Positions 1 to 13,600 of a DNA stretch of 64,000 nt are shown here, one piece after another. The stretch comes from Antedon mediterranea (Eukaryota; Animalia; Echinodermata). Below the pieces are notes generated by a model that was given only the letters and a program-made list of their open reading frames with translations, did not search any database and had not been told where the DNA came from. The number at the start of each line of letters is the position of its first letter. The stretch's first letter is position 1. The stretch is taken from assembly GCF_964355755.1 (NCBI RefSeq), contig NC_092674.1, positions 30,690,001 through 30,754,000 of the forward strand, read 5' to 3'. The translations under genes and the position numbers were made by a program.

Positions 1-535
1 CTATTTTTCCATTTTTTTTTACCTCACCCCCAACCATGGTGGGGCTGAGGTCATGGAGACACTTAATATATATTTGTATTTCCTATTTTAAATTATAATT
101 GCCATTTTCAAAACTATGATGGGCTAAGATCCTGGAGGTACTAATAAATATATTTTATTTCATAATTGAAATTAAGTGCCATTTCCGGCCATCAAGCAGC
201 TCTATTTTTCCAAATTTGTGTACCTCAGTCCCAACAACCATGGTGGGGCTGAGGTCCTGGAGACACTTAATATATATTTGGATTTCCTATTTTTATAATT
301 GCCATTTTCGAACTATGGTGGGCTAAGACACTAATAAATATATTTTATTTCATATTTTAAATTAAGTGGCATTTCCGGCCATCAGCATTTTTCAAAATTT
401 TCTTATCAACCATGGTGGGGTTGAGGTCCTGGAGACACTTAATATATTAATATATATTTTTATTTCCTATTTTAAATTATAATTGCCATTTTCTAATTAT
501 GGTGGGCTAAGATCCTTTCATATTTGAAATTAAGT
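1..535. repeat. Degenerate ~180-200 bp tandem repeat (about 3 copies, runs off window start)
   Basis: CAACCATGGTGGGG(C/T)TGAGGTC..GGAGACACTTAATATA recurs at ~31, ~235 and ~407, each followed by similar ATAATTGCCATTTTC...GGGCTAAGA blocks. Confidence 0.8.
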
Positions 536-1356
536 GCAAAGATCGAGGAGCTCTCATATTTCAGCTAAAAAATTCTAAATTTCCATGGCTGTAACAGGTT
601 TTTTTTGGGGGGGGGGGGGTGGGGGGAGAAGGGTTCGTGGGTTGGTGTTTGTGTCATTTGCAATTACATTTTCGCACCCCAGATATTTTTAGAATTATTA
701 GTTATTACTCACAAAACTAAAAATACAATTTTTGAACGACATAGGGATACAATTTCAATTTCAGTTGGGGTTTTACAAACGTTTATTAGACATACAACCG
801 TTGGTGGCGCTGTTTAGGGCCACATTTTGGGGATCTGGCATTATTTTTCCCAATCTGGCATTATTTGAGACAGGATACGGCATAATTTAAATTTTATCGC
901 TGGCAACGCTGATGCTAGCTCTCAATTATATCTTTCTCAATATATTTATCTGTCTTATAAGTTACAAAAAGTCCTGCTAGTAGAAGGTAGGCCTAGATAA
1001 GGCCAATAATAATAATATTAGGTAGGAGGCTAGGCTAGGCTAGGCCTCATGATAGAGGTGGTACTAGGCCTAGGCCTAGCTAGGCTAGGCCTAGGCCTAG
1101 CTTCTCTCTGTCATGTCAGACAGGACCGTACCAGCTAAGCTATCTAGAAGACGACGGCCTACTTACTAGGCCTAGTTCGATAGGGAGCCAGGTCTAGGGC
1201 AGGACCTTAGCTAGGCATAATCATTATCTTGTAGGTGAGTAAAAACAAAAACCGGTTTGAAATGCGACCGAGTCTGATTACAAGTTTGTCAATGTGCTGC
1301 CGGTAGCGCGGTAGTTTATTTTTTTTAAATATTTTTAATAGATAATTGAGGCAATA

Positions 1357-4300
1357 ATGGAAGATTTTTCAAAATTGACTGCAAACGAATTGAGAACGAG
1401 GTTGCAAGAAGGTGGGCTTCCTTCAGGACCAATCACAAAAACAACAAGAAAAATATTTGAGGCTAAACTAGCGAAATATTTAAAAGAAAAAGAAAATGTA
1501 GGAAATGACCAGAAGTTGGAAGAGGACGCTGAAATTAATAAAGGTGATGGAGATGGTAAAACACAAGAAATAAAAACAAAATCAAAAGCTTCAAGTGGAA
1601 TTTATTTTGGAATTTGCATTCCTGCCTTAGAACATGATTTCACAGATTCTCAAGGTAAAAATGGCAAATAATAAATGGCAAATTAGAAAAGAATGACACG
1701 TGAGAGGTTGGATTGGTTTTTGAATTTATCAGTGGATGAGTGGAGACAGTCTTTATGAATCAATATATGCATATCTGTTCATGATTTGCTGCGTTATATA
1801 ATAATAATAAGTAGTTACTAAATACCATATTTACTATATTTTATTTGTCAGCTGTCAGGCCTTTAATGTTTGATTTATTGCAGCGGCTGATCATGTTTAT
1901 GAGGATCGGAGTGAAGTGATGAAAGTACTCAAAAAGAACCCTAATGCCCGATTTAAGGCATTTAAATCGGAAGGAGAAGCCAGAGAGTTTTCAAAATCAA
2001 GTCAAGAAATGCCTTCAAGTACCAGTGTGCCTGTCAATCAAGTATGCAAACTTTGGAGAGCAAAAGTTGTTTTTTTTTTGTATTCTGTCTTAAAAGTTAT
2101 GATTTTTTTTATGTATATTTAAAAAAGACAGATTGCGTAAATATAAATAATCATTTACAAATATAGTTCAAAGACTGATTCTATTTAATTTAATGTTGCA
2201 GATTGTTTTGAAAAAAAATGCTTTTTTTCTTATCTTTAATAAGGTGACTTTAGAGAAGAGTAATAACTATAAAACACCTAAGACGATAGATTTAGTTCGT
2301 TTAATGAGATCAATTCAGCAGAATGATATGGACAACTTTCATCAACTTGTGTGGACTAATCCAAGATACCTGATTAGCTCAGCTGATACTCCTGTCATCT
2401 TGATGGTAAGAAAAAAGAGAAATATTTATTGAAGCGAGTGACGCAATGTGTTGGGCTTTTTAGTCCAGTGATCATCGCATTGCTTGTATCCTTAAGCTTG
2501 GTTCCCACTAGAACGTAACGCAACAACGTAAACGCAATGCAAGCGTTTTAACCAATGAAGCGAAGTTATAGACAGTTAGCAATCACAAGCGAATAAGCCA
2601 TCGCTTGTGATTGGTCAATTCACTTGCGTTACGTCCTTGTGTTGCGTCGCTAGTGGGAACCATGCTTTAGGCAAGATACTCAGTTGACTGAGGTAACAAT
2701 GTGAAGCTTTGATCATTGAATTAATTTAATGAAATGAAGATTGTATTGAGTGTGTTGGACTTTCAAGTATACGCAAGATACTTCACTTACATTAGCCTCT
2801 CTCCACCCAGGTGAACAAATGGGCACAACATTATGCAAGTATGATTCCATACATGTTTGATCAAAAACAATAGCTTTGAGCATGAAGTGTAGAATGACAT
2901 ATTATTTTTAAATATTTGTACCAAGTGTGTACTTTATTGTTTTTTCTAGGCAGGGCCACGCTACAATGCTTTACATATAGCTGCCAAGCACAATGTTCCT
3001 TCTATGTGTCGTGAGATACTCAATACCATTGAGAATGATAGGTTTTTAAGTTTAATGTTTGAAAATGACAGTCCAGCCGCTAGAGAAGAAAGAAGCAATT
3101 TTATTTTAGATCTTTATCTTAACACACCAGACAAAGGAGTGAGTAAAAAATGAAGCATACATTACTGAAGAAAACACAAATGATACAAATAATAGTACAT
3201 CATTCTAATTTCTGTTATGATCACACAAAATGGCCGACTGGGTTCATGTTCTATTGAACATAGTGTCTCTATTTTTTTAGTTATTTTGACAATCTTGTCT
3301 AATATTTTTTCTAGCAATGTGACACACCTTTACACTTTGCATCCAAATTTGGGCATATCGATGTTGTAGAAGTCCTCACACAGCATCATTTATGTGACCG
3401 AGGTGTTCGTAACAAATACGGCAATACTCCAAGGAATGTAAGCTTATTTGTGTTTATTCACTTAGAATTTGGACCTAAAAATATATAAGTTTGTGGCTAA
3501 AAATAAAATGATTTCACAGATAACCAGTACAAATTTCTCCTTCAATGGAAAGTGTTACATATTTTTTTAAAATGCTGTTATTTGTGTTTGTTATTTTCAG
3601 GTTATTTGTGAAAGGTGTGATGAAAGTAATTTAGAAACTTTACGTCAAACGTCGACAAGAAACATTGCTAGTATTAAAGTGTTGAAATCTAAAATTGATT
3701 CACTTTTAGATGGTAAGAATAATTGGATATCCTCTTTGTATAAACCAATAGATGCATTGATTATGTTTAAACAACATAGTATAAAACTAACTCCAAATAA
3801 TGGTAGGCAAGCCATGATTCAACGTTTCGATCTTTATTTGATCATCATCAGGAATGAAAAATAATTCCAAAGGCAGACAATTATAACTACAGTCTATTCA
3901 TAAGTATGTAAATGAGATATAAACAATTAGCCATACAGGGTGTTACAAAGAAAATTAAAAAAAAAAAGCGGTAGACACACAAGTAAAAATAACATAAACA
4001 ATTTTTCCAGAGGCTAGTGTGTCCATCTTTCACATCATACTATCCGTCATGATATTTCTGATTTCCTTCTGTTAGATTACTTCTATGTACCAGTGTTTAG
4101 ATCAGATGGTAATACCATGCAAGCAGTTGTTGGTGAACCATGGTCTCCTACAACTGGTGATGCGGTGGTATCAATTCACAACACAGCACATGCGAGTCCA
4201 ATCAGCCCTAGTTTACAAGTGAAGGCATTTGCTGGTCCTATGTCTCCACAAAAGGTACAATATGCTTACAGTTGTATCTCATGAGTTCTTCATAGAATGG

Positions 4301-7300
4301 GTAATAGAACATAGCATCATGGACCTAGCAGGGATGATGTATTTGAATTCCTGTAGTTTTCATTAACTTGTTTATATACTTGATTAGCTAGCGTGGCCTA
4401 ACCTCTTATTCACATACTTGATTAGCTAGCGTGGCCTAACCTCTTATTCACATACTTGATTAGCTAGCGTGGCCTAACCTCTTATTCACATACTTGATTA
4501 GTTAGCGTGGCCTAACCTCTTATTCACATACTTGATTAGCTAGCGTGGCCTAACCTCTTATTCACATACTTGATTAGCTAGCGTGGCCTAACCTCTTATT
4601 CACATACTTGATTAGCTAGCGTGGCCTAACCTCTTATTCGCATACTTGATTAGCTAGCGTGGCCTAACCTCTTATTCACATACTTGATTAGTTAGTGTGG
4701 CCTAACCTCTTATTCACATACTTGATTAGTTAGCGTGGCCTAACCTCTTATTCACATACTTGATTAGCTAGCGTGGCCTAACCTCTTATTCACATACTTG
4801 ATTAGCTAGCGTGGCCTAACCTCTTATTCACATACTTGATTAGCTAGCGTGGCCTAACCTCTTATTCACATACTTGATTAGTTAGCGTGGCCTAACCTCT
4901 TATTCACATACTTGATTAGCTAGCGTGGCCTAACCTCTTATTCACATACTTGATTAGCTAGCGTGGCCTAACCTCTTATTCACATACTTGATTAGTTAGT
5001 GTGGCCTAAGCTCTTATTCGCATACTTGATTAGCTAGCGTGGCCTAACCTCTTATTCACATACTTGATTAGCTAGCGTGGCCTAACCTCTTATTCACATA
5101 CTTGATTAGCTAGCGTGGCCTAACCTCTTATTCACATACTTGATTAGTTAGTGTGGCCTAACCTCTTATTCACATACTTGATTAGTTAGTGTGGCCTAAC
5201 CTCTTATTCGCATACTTGATTAGCTAGCGTGGCCTAACCTCTTATTCACATACTTGATTAGCTAGCGTGGCCTAACCTCTTATTCACATACTTGATTAGT
5301 TAGCGTGGCCTAACCTCTTATTCACATACTTGATTAGCTAGCGTGGCCTAACCTCTTATTCACATACTTGATTAGCTAGCGTGGCCTAACCTCTTATTCA
5401 CATACTTGATTAGTTAGCGTGGCCTAACCTCTTATTCACATACTTGATTAGCTAGCGTGGCCTAACCTCTTATTCACACGTGCATATTACTAATAGGGAA
5501 GACCCTATTTACTTTCAAGTAAATCGGATCGTTGGTGTTCTGCTTGCGTCTATAAAATTGATAGTGGATAAAAGCAGCTCTGGCTTATTTGTGTTATTTG
5601 ACACCTTTTTCCTCTCATAGAGGTATAACATTATTTATTTTACAGGGCCTCCATGATGCTGTTCAAACACAGTACTTTTCAGCACATGGTTTAGTTCTTT
5701 TCTTCCACACAGGCGAATTAATTTATTTTCTTTAATTTTTTTAAGGCTTATGAGTTTCATTGTTCATGGAGATCACCAAATAAATCGTACAAATTCAAGT
5801 ATCAAGAAATCCGGAGAAGTGATGATGAAAAAGGCTTGGAGAGAATAGGCAGGTAAGTATTAAAAGGACACTGATACGTACAACATTCTGTAGGTACCAC
5901 TCGCTAGAGCATACTTAGAGTGAGAATCAGGGTGCTCGCAGTGAAAACAGTGACAAAAGATTGTGTAGTGTTATTTTGAGAAAAACTACTACTAACTACT
6001 ACAGTAAAACTACTATTAAGAGGACACAGTAGGGAACTAATGAATGTCCCCTGAATATGGTGTACCCTGAATAGGGTGTCCCTGAATATGGTGTCCCCTG
6101 AATAGGGTGTCCCTTGAATAGGGTGTCCCCTGAATAGGGTGTCCCCTGAATATGGTGTCCTCTGAATATGGTGTCCCCTGAATAGGGTGTCCCCTGAATA
6201 GGGTGTCCCCTGAATATGGTGTCCCCTGAATAGGGTGTCCCCTGAATAGGGTGTCCCCTGAATAGGGTGTCCCCTGAATAGGGTGTCCCCTGAATAGGGT
6301 GTCCCCTGAATATGGTGTCCCCTGAATATGGTGTCCTCTGAATAGGGTGTCCCCTGAATAGGGTGTCCCCTGAATAGGGTGTCCCTTGAATAGGGTGTCC
6401 CCTGAATAGGGTGTCCCCTGAATAGGGTGTCCCCTGAATAGGGTGTCCCCTGAATAGGGTGTCCCCTGAATAGGGTGTCCCCTGAATAGGGTGTCCCCTG
6501 AATAGGGTGTCCCCTGAATAGGGTGTCCCCTGAATAGGGTGTCCCCGGAATAGGGTGTCCCTTGAATAGGGTGTCCCCTGAATAGGATGTCCCCTGAAGA
6601 GGGTGTCCCCTGAATAGGGTGTCCCATAGAAGGACATCTACTGTACAATATATAGAAAAAGTATTTAGTAATCCTAGTGATCAAAATGTTTTTTCTTTCA
6701 AATTTGTTTTCTTCAGAAATATAGCACAAAGCATGTCAGTACCCTGGTCTGAATATTGGGAATTTCTGGATAAATTTGCTGATTTTTCAACTGATGAGGG
6801 ATTACAATTGCTAGAGAATTATTTAAAGCATAGAAACTGTATCAAGACAAGTTGTAGTGGTATGTTATAAGCTGGCTCAACATTTCTCTTTATTTCTGTT
6901 ACTCCGATACTGTACTTTCACTACTTAATAATAATAATAAATTTGGAATTGATATGTTAATTGATATGTTATTTGATACGATCATTTGTTTGCTTTTGTT
7001 TAGATGAATTGATAGGGCAATTTGTTTCACTTTCACTCGATGAAAAAGCTGAATCTCAAAGTGTTACTGGCAATCAGAAAAACATCTCTGCTTATGGTGA
7101 TTCGGGTATTGCAGAGGAAAGCACTGGAACAATCTCTTTTAAAAGTGAAAATACAGAAGAAACGAAAAGTTTAAAAGAACACGAAGATAATATGCAAAAT
7201 CTAGAAGATGATAAAATATCAATAAAGCCAGATTGCATTTTAAACAAGGAAATTTCGTTATTTCCAATTTCATTAAAAAGTCAGGAAAATTTTTTTAGAA

Positions 7301-8746
7301 GGTCGCAACACCATGATGAGATGTTACATAGGAAATACAATGCTGAAAAGAATGAAAGAAAGAAAGATTTAAATACTGCAGCTGCTAGTGACATTCCACA
7401 TCAGAAACGGTCAAATGACCAGTCAAATGTACAGCCAAATGTACAGCCAAATGTTAGCGAATCATGTGATAATGATTTTGAGCAAATTGAAGATTGCTCT
7501 ATCGAATGTCAAGAACCAATCCCAAGTATTGACATCTCAACACCGATGGTTAATCGTGGTCAGAAATTCATGTTTATCCAAGGGTAAGAAAAACCTTGAT
7601 GCGAAGCTTTTACCAAATGCCTAATAAATCTACCCTACAAGGGTAATAAGTAAAGATAGTATGACATTACAAATATTATTTTGCAATATTTAACAAGACA
7701 ATTAGGTTTGTAGACTAACTATAATATTCAATTTTCTTTGTGTGCTTGGTTCTAGAGTTCACATTTATTTTGTGTCAATTTGAAATTGAATATGAGCTAT
7801 AATCAAACTTTAATTAAACAAGACTGTAAATTGTTGTAAAACACAATTTACAATTGGAACCATCTACAAGAATCAATATTTTTTGGTGAAGCTTGTGAAT
7901 TCTTTGTTTAAGAAATTTGGTTATATGTTACCTTTTTAATTAATATAACTCCCAGAATCTTGTGCTGTCGTCAGGGTCAACTATGGGTCTTTATTCTGTT
8001 GTCAAGACAGAAAACTAGGTTGTGGTCAACTGTGCTGATAGTAACTATATGCACGGTCATGCTGATATTAATATTAATTGACATGTATGGCTGCTGATAG
8101 CCACTTTGCTATTATCATTATGATCCATGTGTTTTTGTTTCCTCATTACTAGTTGTGAACCATCAAAACTGGACATGAATGTGTACTTGGCGTTAGAGCA
8201 TGTTCATATACCTAGCTCATATCCTCACATCATTGGCTTTAAACAGCTTATAGAAGGCTATTCCATGTCTGACAGGAAAAGGTATGCATACATTTATTTA
8301 ATAATTTGTAATGTGCTTTGAAATTATATGATAAGTTGCAATAAAATGATTGTATGTATGTACAGTATGTATTACTATAGTACTGAGAACTTGATACAAT
8401 GTCCTCCATTTGTTATAATAATAGTATAAGGTTATTCTGAATTATCTCAAAAAGAAAGATTATTTTAACTCGGTTTTTTATAATTTTAGTTTAGCTGTTC
8501 ATGATACAAACATATTATTTACTCCTCCTATTTTGTTTATCAGTTTTATTTCTTTTTTCTTCTCTTAGTTGGAAAACGCCGATACGAGTAAAACAAGATT
8601 TGTTGTCTAGGCAACAAAACAGTATTTTAAGTCCTACAATTGGTAAAATGACGTCAGATTCACTTTCGCCTATTTTTAATAAAAGGACAGCAGCAGTTTC
8701 AAGCGCATTGTACCTAGATATTAAAGGAAAGTTGTTTGAAAATTAA
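1357..8746 (+). CDS. ANKLE2: Ankyrin repeat and LEM domain-containing protein 2 (LEM4), 12 coding exons
   Basis: Exons with GT-AG and consistent phases: 1357-1654, 1884-2041, 2244-2405, 2950-3138, 3315-3437, 3601-3712, 4076-4254, 5746-5852, 6717-6859, 7004-7583, 8153-8281, 8569-8746. N-terminal LEM domain ([25 protein letters not shown]), viroplasmin-like [30 protein letters not shown], ankyrin repeats ([10 protein letters not shown]; [21 protein letters not shown]), [16 protein letters not shown] and [10 protein letters not shown] are characteristic of ANKLE2. Confidence 0.95.
2495..2666. mobile_element. PIF/Harbinger-type MITE, family A
   Basis: TIRs AGCTTGGTTCCCACTAG / CTAGTGGGAACCATGCT with TTA on both sides (3-bp TSD). 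Near-identical copies at 21426-21604 and 59735-59913. Confidence 0.9.
4375..5478. repeat. 38-bp minisatellite, ~29 copies (ANKLE2 intron)
   Basis: Unit CATACTTGATTAGCTAGCGTGGCCTAACCTCTTATTCA repeated head to tail with few substitutions. Confidence 0.97.
6002..6643. mobile_element. Tc1/mariner-like MITE containing an expanded 16-bp minisatellite (~6045-6625, ~36 copies)
   Basis: Ends TA|CAGTA... and ...TACTG|TA. Left end has TTAAGAGGACAC, whose complement resembles the repeat unit TAGGGTGTCCCCTGAA. Confidence 0.65.
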
Positions 8747-9040
8747 CATTTGTCATCCAAGTTGAACATTTTACTGGATTTTCCATAATTGGTGATAACC
8801 ATGGTAGAAATACAGTAGAACAGGGGACACTGCCAAAACAGAGTCCACTTAACAGGAGTTTCACAGTAAACTGTCCACTGAAAAGGAATGTTTCCTTACT
8901 AAAAGAAGAGGTATTCCCTTACTAAAATAATTAGTTTGAAAGCATACGCAAATATTTTTAAGATTAGCCTCGTAGTGACATTCTCTATCTACTTTTATCC
9001 TGCACCATTTTTGAATATGTGCTAAAATAATATATATTTT

Positions 9041-9650
9041 CATTGTCACATTGTCACAGCCATATTGTCACATTATTATATTGTAACATTGTCACATTAT
9101 TATATTGTAACATTGTCACATTGTCACAGCATTATATTGTCACATTATTATATTGTCACATTATTATATTGTCACATTGTCACATTATGATATTGTCACA
9201 TTGTCACATTATATTGTCACATTGTCACATTATTATATTGTCACATTGTCACATTATTATATTGTCACATTGTCACATTATTATATTGTCACATTGTCAA
9301 AGCCATATTGTCACATTATTATATTGTCACATTGTCACAGCCATATTGTCACATTGTCACATTATTATATTGTCACATTATTATATTGTCACATTGTCGC
9401 ATTATTATATTGTCACATTATTATATTGTCACATTGTCACATTATTATATTGTCACATTATTATATTGTCACATTATTATATTGTACTGTTATTATATTG
9501 TCACGTTATTATATTGTCACATTATTATATTGTCACATTATTATATTGTCACATTATTATATTGTCACATTATTATATTGTCACATTGTCACATTCATAT
9601 TTTGTCACATTGTCACATTCATATTTTGTCATATCGCTACATTGTCACAG
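9041..9650. repeat. Compound micro/minisatellite (CATTGTCA / CATTATTATATTGTCA)
   Basis: Directly visible 8- and 16-bp units downstream of ANKLE2. Confidence 0.95.
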
Positions 9651-10692
9651 AGCCTCAACTTGTACCTATATGATGTTAGTTGTGATAACAATATAACATT
9701 GTTAGTCTACACGAATATATGAACAATTATTGTATTTTCGCCAACGACTTTTTAAATGTTAAATTTTCAAATAAAACTAACCTAAATGTAAATTTTTGTT
9801 TACGTTTACTTTTTTTTAAAACATAAATCTCTTTATTCATCTCATAAAACAAACAAAGCAAGCAAGGAGTAAAACATATTTTTAACGATGAAAGAGACCT
9901 CCAGAGTGAAAGGTGGCCCACTAAAAACTAGTTACATTAATTAATATAGCCTAAAAAAATAAATAGATAGATAAATAAATAGACGAATAGACCATTAATG
10001 TTTCTTGTATTTTATGACTTACATAAGTTTTAAATAAAGAATTAATTACTTGCTACTATTTTTGTTATACGCGTATTCACCATGTATCTGGAATTAATTG
10101 ATCGTGTTTCACCGAAAGTATTAATAGATGTAGGCCTACTTCTTTGTAATTAACGTGCCCGATTGACGAACGTTGGATAGTTGTTAACAACACGAACGGA
10201 AATTGGTGTTTTGTCAGTATTGTTCGTGTGAACTCAGCGGTATTAATAAACTAGGTGATAGTTTGTGTGAACCTGGCGGCATTAGTATATAGGTGATAAT
10301 GCAGAATAGTATACTGAATACAGGTTGTTTAAACTTCTTTCAATATTTAGATTGATTAATACGTAGCTGAGAATGTATACTTAAATATCGACTGTTTCTC
10401 GTTTTAAATCAAATCAGAAAACAGCGATTCAGGTAAAGACAATACTTCATAAAGAAACAATGAGGTGCCATTCCGTCTGATTTTAATTATAGGTAATGTA
10501 TGTTTTAGATGTATAAATACTCTATATTACAAAGAATGTTTTCGCTAGACGAATCTATTCAAATATTCCTGGGCTCTGATTTGTCGAGCACTTTTTGACA
10601 TCACAGATAAAAGTATGAATAGGCATGTCGACAGTTACTTTAAGACACACGTCGTACATTCTACAGTGGACGTTACCAAAAACATTAATATC

Positions 10693-13600
10693 ATGTTCTG
10701 TTTTCTGATAACTACTTTGCTGTTTGCTAACGTTAATGCAGGTATGTTTTAAACCTGGTTTGGATTGGGAAGGGGGAAGAAGGAAAGATAGTGGAATTTT
10801 GCTTCAGGCGGAAATTATTCAAGATATCGTAAAAAGGATGTGGTGATTTTTTCAAAAGTGTACAGTTTCAGTTTCTTAAATGATTGGTATTTTTATTGTT
10901 CATATATCCAGATCGGTAGTCACGATTATGGTTGTTGGTTTCAACCTGACCCAGATTTGATCTCAAAATTACCTTTTATAGGCATTATAATAAAAATTTA
11001 AATTATATTAAAATTAGCGTATGTAGCTTTTTTTGCGCCTTCCCTCCTGCGCTATCTGCATTTTTCATGCGATCATTCCATTTGTTGCGACAAGGGCTCG
11101 TGGAAACCTCGGAAATTAGAACTACGGTTGTGTACAGTACTGTACTAAAATATCTGTAAATGTACAGACATTTATATTTACAGATTTTTAATGTTATGTC
11201 ACGTTACAAAGATTGTTCAGCCATGCTTTGTTAAAATAGCACTGTTATGCAGCATCAACGAAAAAAATTAACTGCATATAATTTTTTTTCTTTTTACGTT
11301 TAGCAAGTGTATGTGAACCCACGTGGAGCTTGTTTGAGCGTAGTTGTTACAAATTATTTAACAACAACGATAAAGGTGACGAGGCTGTGGCATATTGTGA
11401 AACTTTAAACGCTCATCTAGTCACCATTTCATCGCAAGAAGAAAATCATTTTCTTGGTAACTCCCTCGGATCGGGAACTTGTCAGGAATTTTGGATTGGA
11501 CTGAACGACAAAGCTACAGAAGATACGTTTGTATGGATCACAGATGAAGATATTACCTATCTAAGTACGTAGGCCTAATAAGAACTATTCAGTAATAACT
11601 AATAAGAAATAAACAAAAATGGACATCCTCTTCTAACATTGTAAAATAAGGAGAAACATTTTAGCTATAAATTAAGGAAACTAGCTAGTATAAAGTTTTT
11701 TTGATTTATTACAACAAACAAAAGCGAATGTAGTAGTAGGCCTCCATTTATCTTATCGTCGGGTGCGCGCGCACGGAAGCATCAGTGTAGTGACATCATT
11801 TTTGTGTCTGTGTGTTATATTTACGAGGCAGGAGGGCCCCAATTCTATGAAACTCCAGTAATCTCTTCTCATGCGGTGACGTCACGTCATGCTATCATAC
11901 TATTTTATTATGCTCTTATACTGCACACTATTATCTTATACTCATTTCTATGCTCTTATGCGCATAACTAATGCTCTTAAATACTCATTCTTAATGCTCT
12001 TATACTCTTTCTTAATGACCTTATACTCTTTCGTCATGCTCTTATGTGACTTTCCATGTTCTTATACTCTTTCGTCATTTTAAATTATGCGACGTATCAT
12101 GCTCTCATGAGGTAACTGAAAATGCATCGACATATTCTCGACGCACGTGGCGCACTACTTCAAATGTAAAATAATCGTATAAGAGCAATAGGTATACGCA
12201 TAAGCGCATTAGGAATGAGTATAAGATAATGGTATGGTGTGCAGTAAAGAGCTTAATGAAATAGTATGAGAGCATGACGTCACCGCATGTGAAGATATTA
12301 CTGGCGTTCCATACAATTCCTTTCTAATTTTTCTGCAAGCTGGCTAAACCGCAAAATTAACATTCATATTGCCATAGAGTCCCCAATTGCAAAACATGGT
12401 CAATTGAATCATACTTTTGTATTTTTAATGTATGGTTTTCACATTTTTGTATTATTTAGACTGTTTAATTTTAACATGTTTTACTATTTTTAAGAAACGA
12501 TGTATTATATAATCATGTATGTTGTTAGGTTTTATGCTGGACCTTTTGAAAAACAACAATGTCCCCTTTGTGGGACAACGTTGATATTGTCATCCAGTAG
12601 AAATATGTTTATAAATATAAATAAAATAAATTGGATCTAATCCTAGTTTCTTTTGGCTTAATTCTAGATTGGAAAAACGGTCAGCCTGATAATTTTTTGA
12701 ATGAGGACTGCGTACACATATACTGCCCTGTAGGTGATTGGAATGATGTAGACTGTAATAGCTGGTTTTCCAAAAAACATACAGTTTGCGAAAAAGGTAC
12801 GTTGTAATATTTAGGTCTATTTACAATTGTTTAAATTACTTTATAATTACTCATGTGTACCTTAAATATACCTACTTTACTAGGTTTAATTGTCTATATG
12901 TAATGATGTTTTCTTAGTGTCTTTGTCTGTGTGGTTAAGTACGGTATCTTATTCATTTGCTTAGTGTCTTTGTCTGTGTGGTTAAGTACGGTATCTTATT
13001 CATTTGCTTAGTGTCTTTGTCTGTGTGGTTAAGTACGGTATCTTATTCATTTGCTTAGTGTCTTTGTCTGTGTGGTTAAGTACGGTATCTTATTCATTTG
13101 CTTACTAGTGTCTTTGTCTGTGTGGTTAAGTACGGTATCTTATTCATTTGTTATAATAATATGAATAAAGTTCAATTTGATTTAGCGCAAAATGCAGGAC
13201 TATGGATTCTATGAGAATTATTATTTCAAAATAAAAATAAGAATGAATAAAGTACATTATTGTTGTCCGTAAAGTTGCAATTTCTCTCCGACCGATCTTT
13301 TTATTTATTATTACCGATTAAGATTTGAAAATGTTCTAAATTGTTCTGCCACTCTATGTGATTTTATATTTATTTTATTGTTTTTCTTCCTTTTTTGTGC
13401 AATTTTTTAGAGGCGTTTTGGTTGAATTGAACAATCCAAAATAATTTAAATTTGTAATTTTTAAAAAATGTAATGTAATAGAAGCTATTGAAGTTACAAC
13501 TCAAGATATGCCAATTACGACATCACCAGAAAGAACGACTCTTGAATCTACAACGCCGATAGTGACAACTGTAGTGGAAACGACGCCGTTAAAGACGACA

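Noticed and set aside
980-1215. TAGGCCTA-rich tract upstream of ANKLE2 as a defined regulatory element
   Set aside because: Low-complexity motif scattered elsewhere in the window; no function can be supported from sequence alone.
4375-5478. 38-bp repeat as a CRISPR array
   Set aside because: No spacers; it is an ordinary intronic minisatellite.
5999-6729. 212-aa and 230-aa minus-strand ORFs
   Set aside because: They are translations of a stop-free 16-bp repeat inside an ANKLE2 intron.
9043-9722. Cys/His-rich ORFs in three frames
   Set aside because: Microsatellite translation artefacts.
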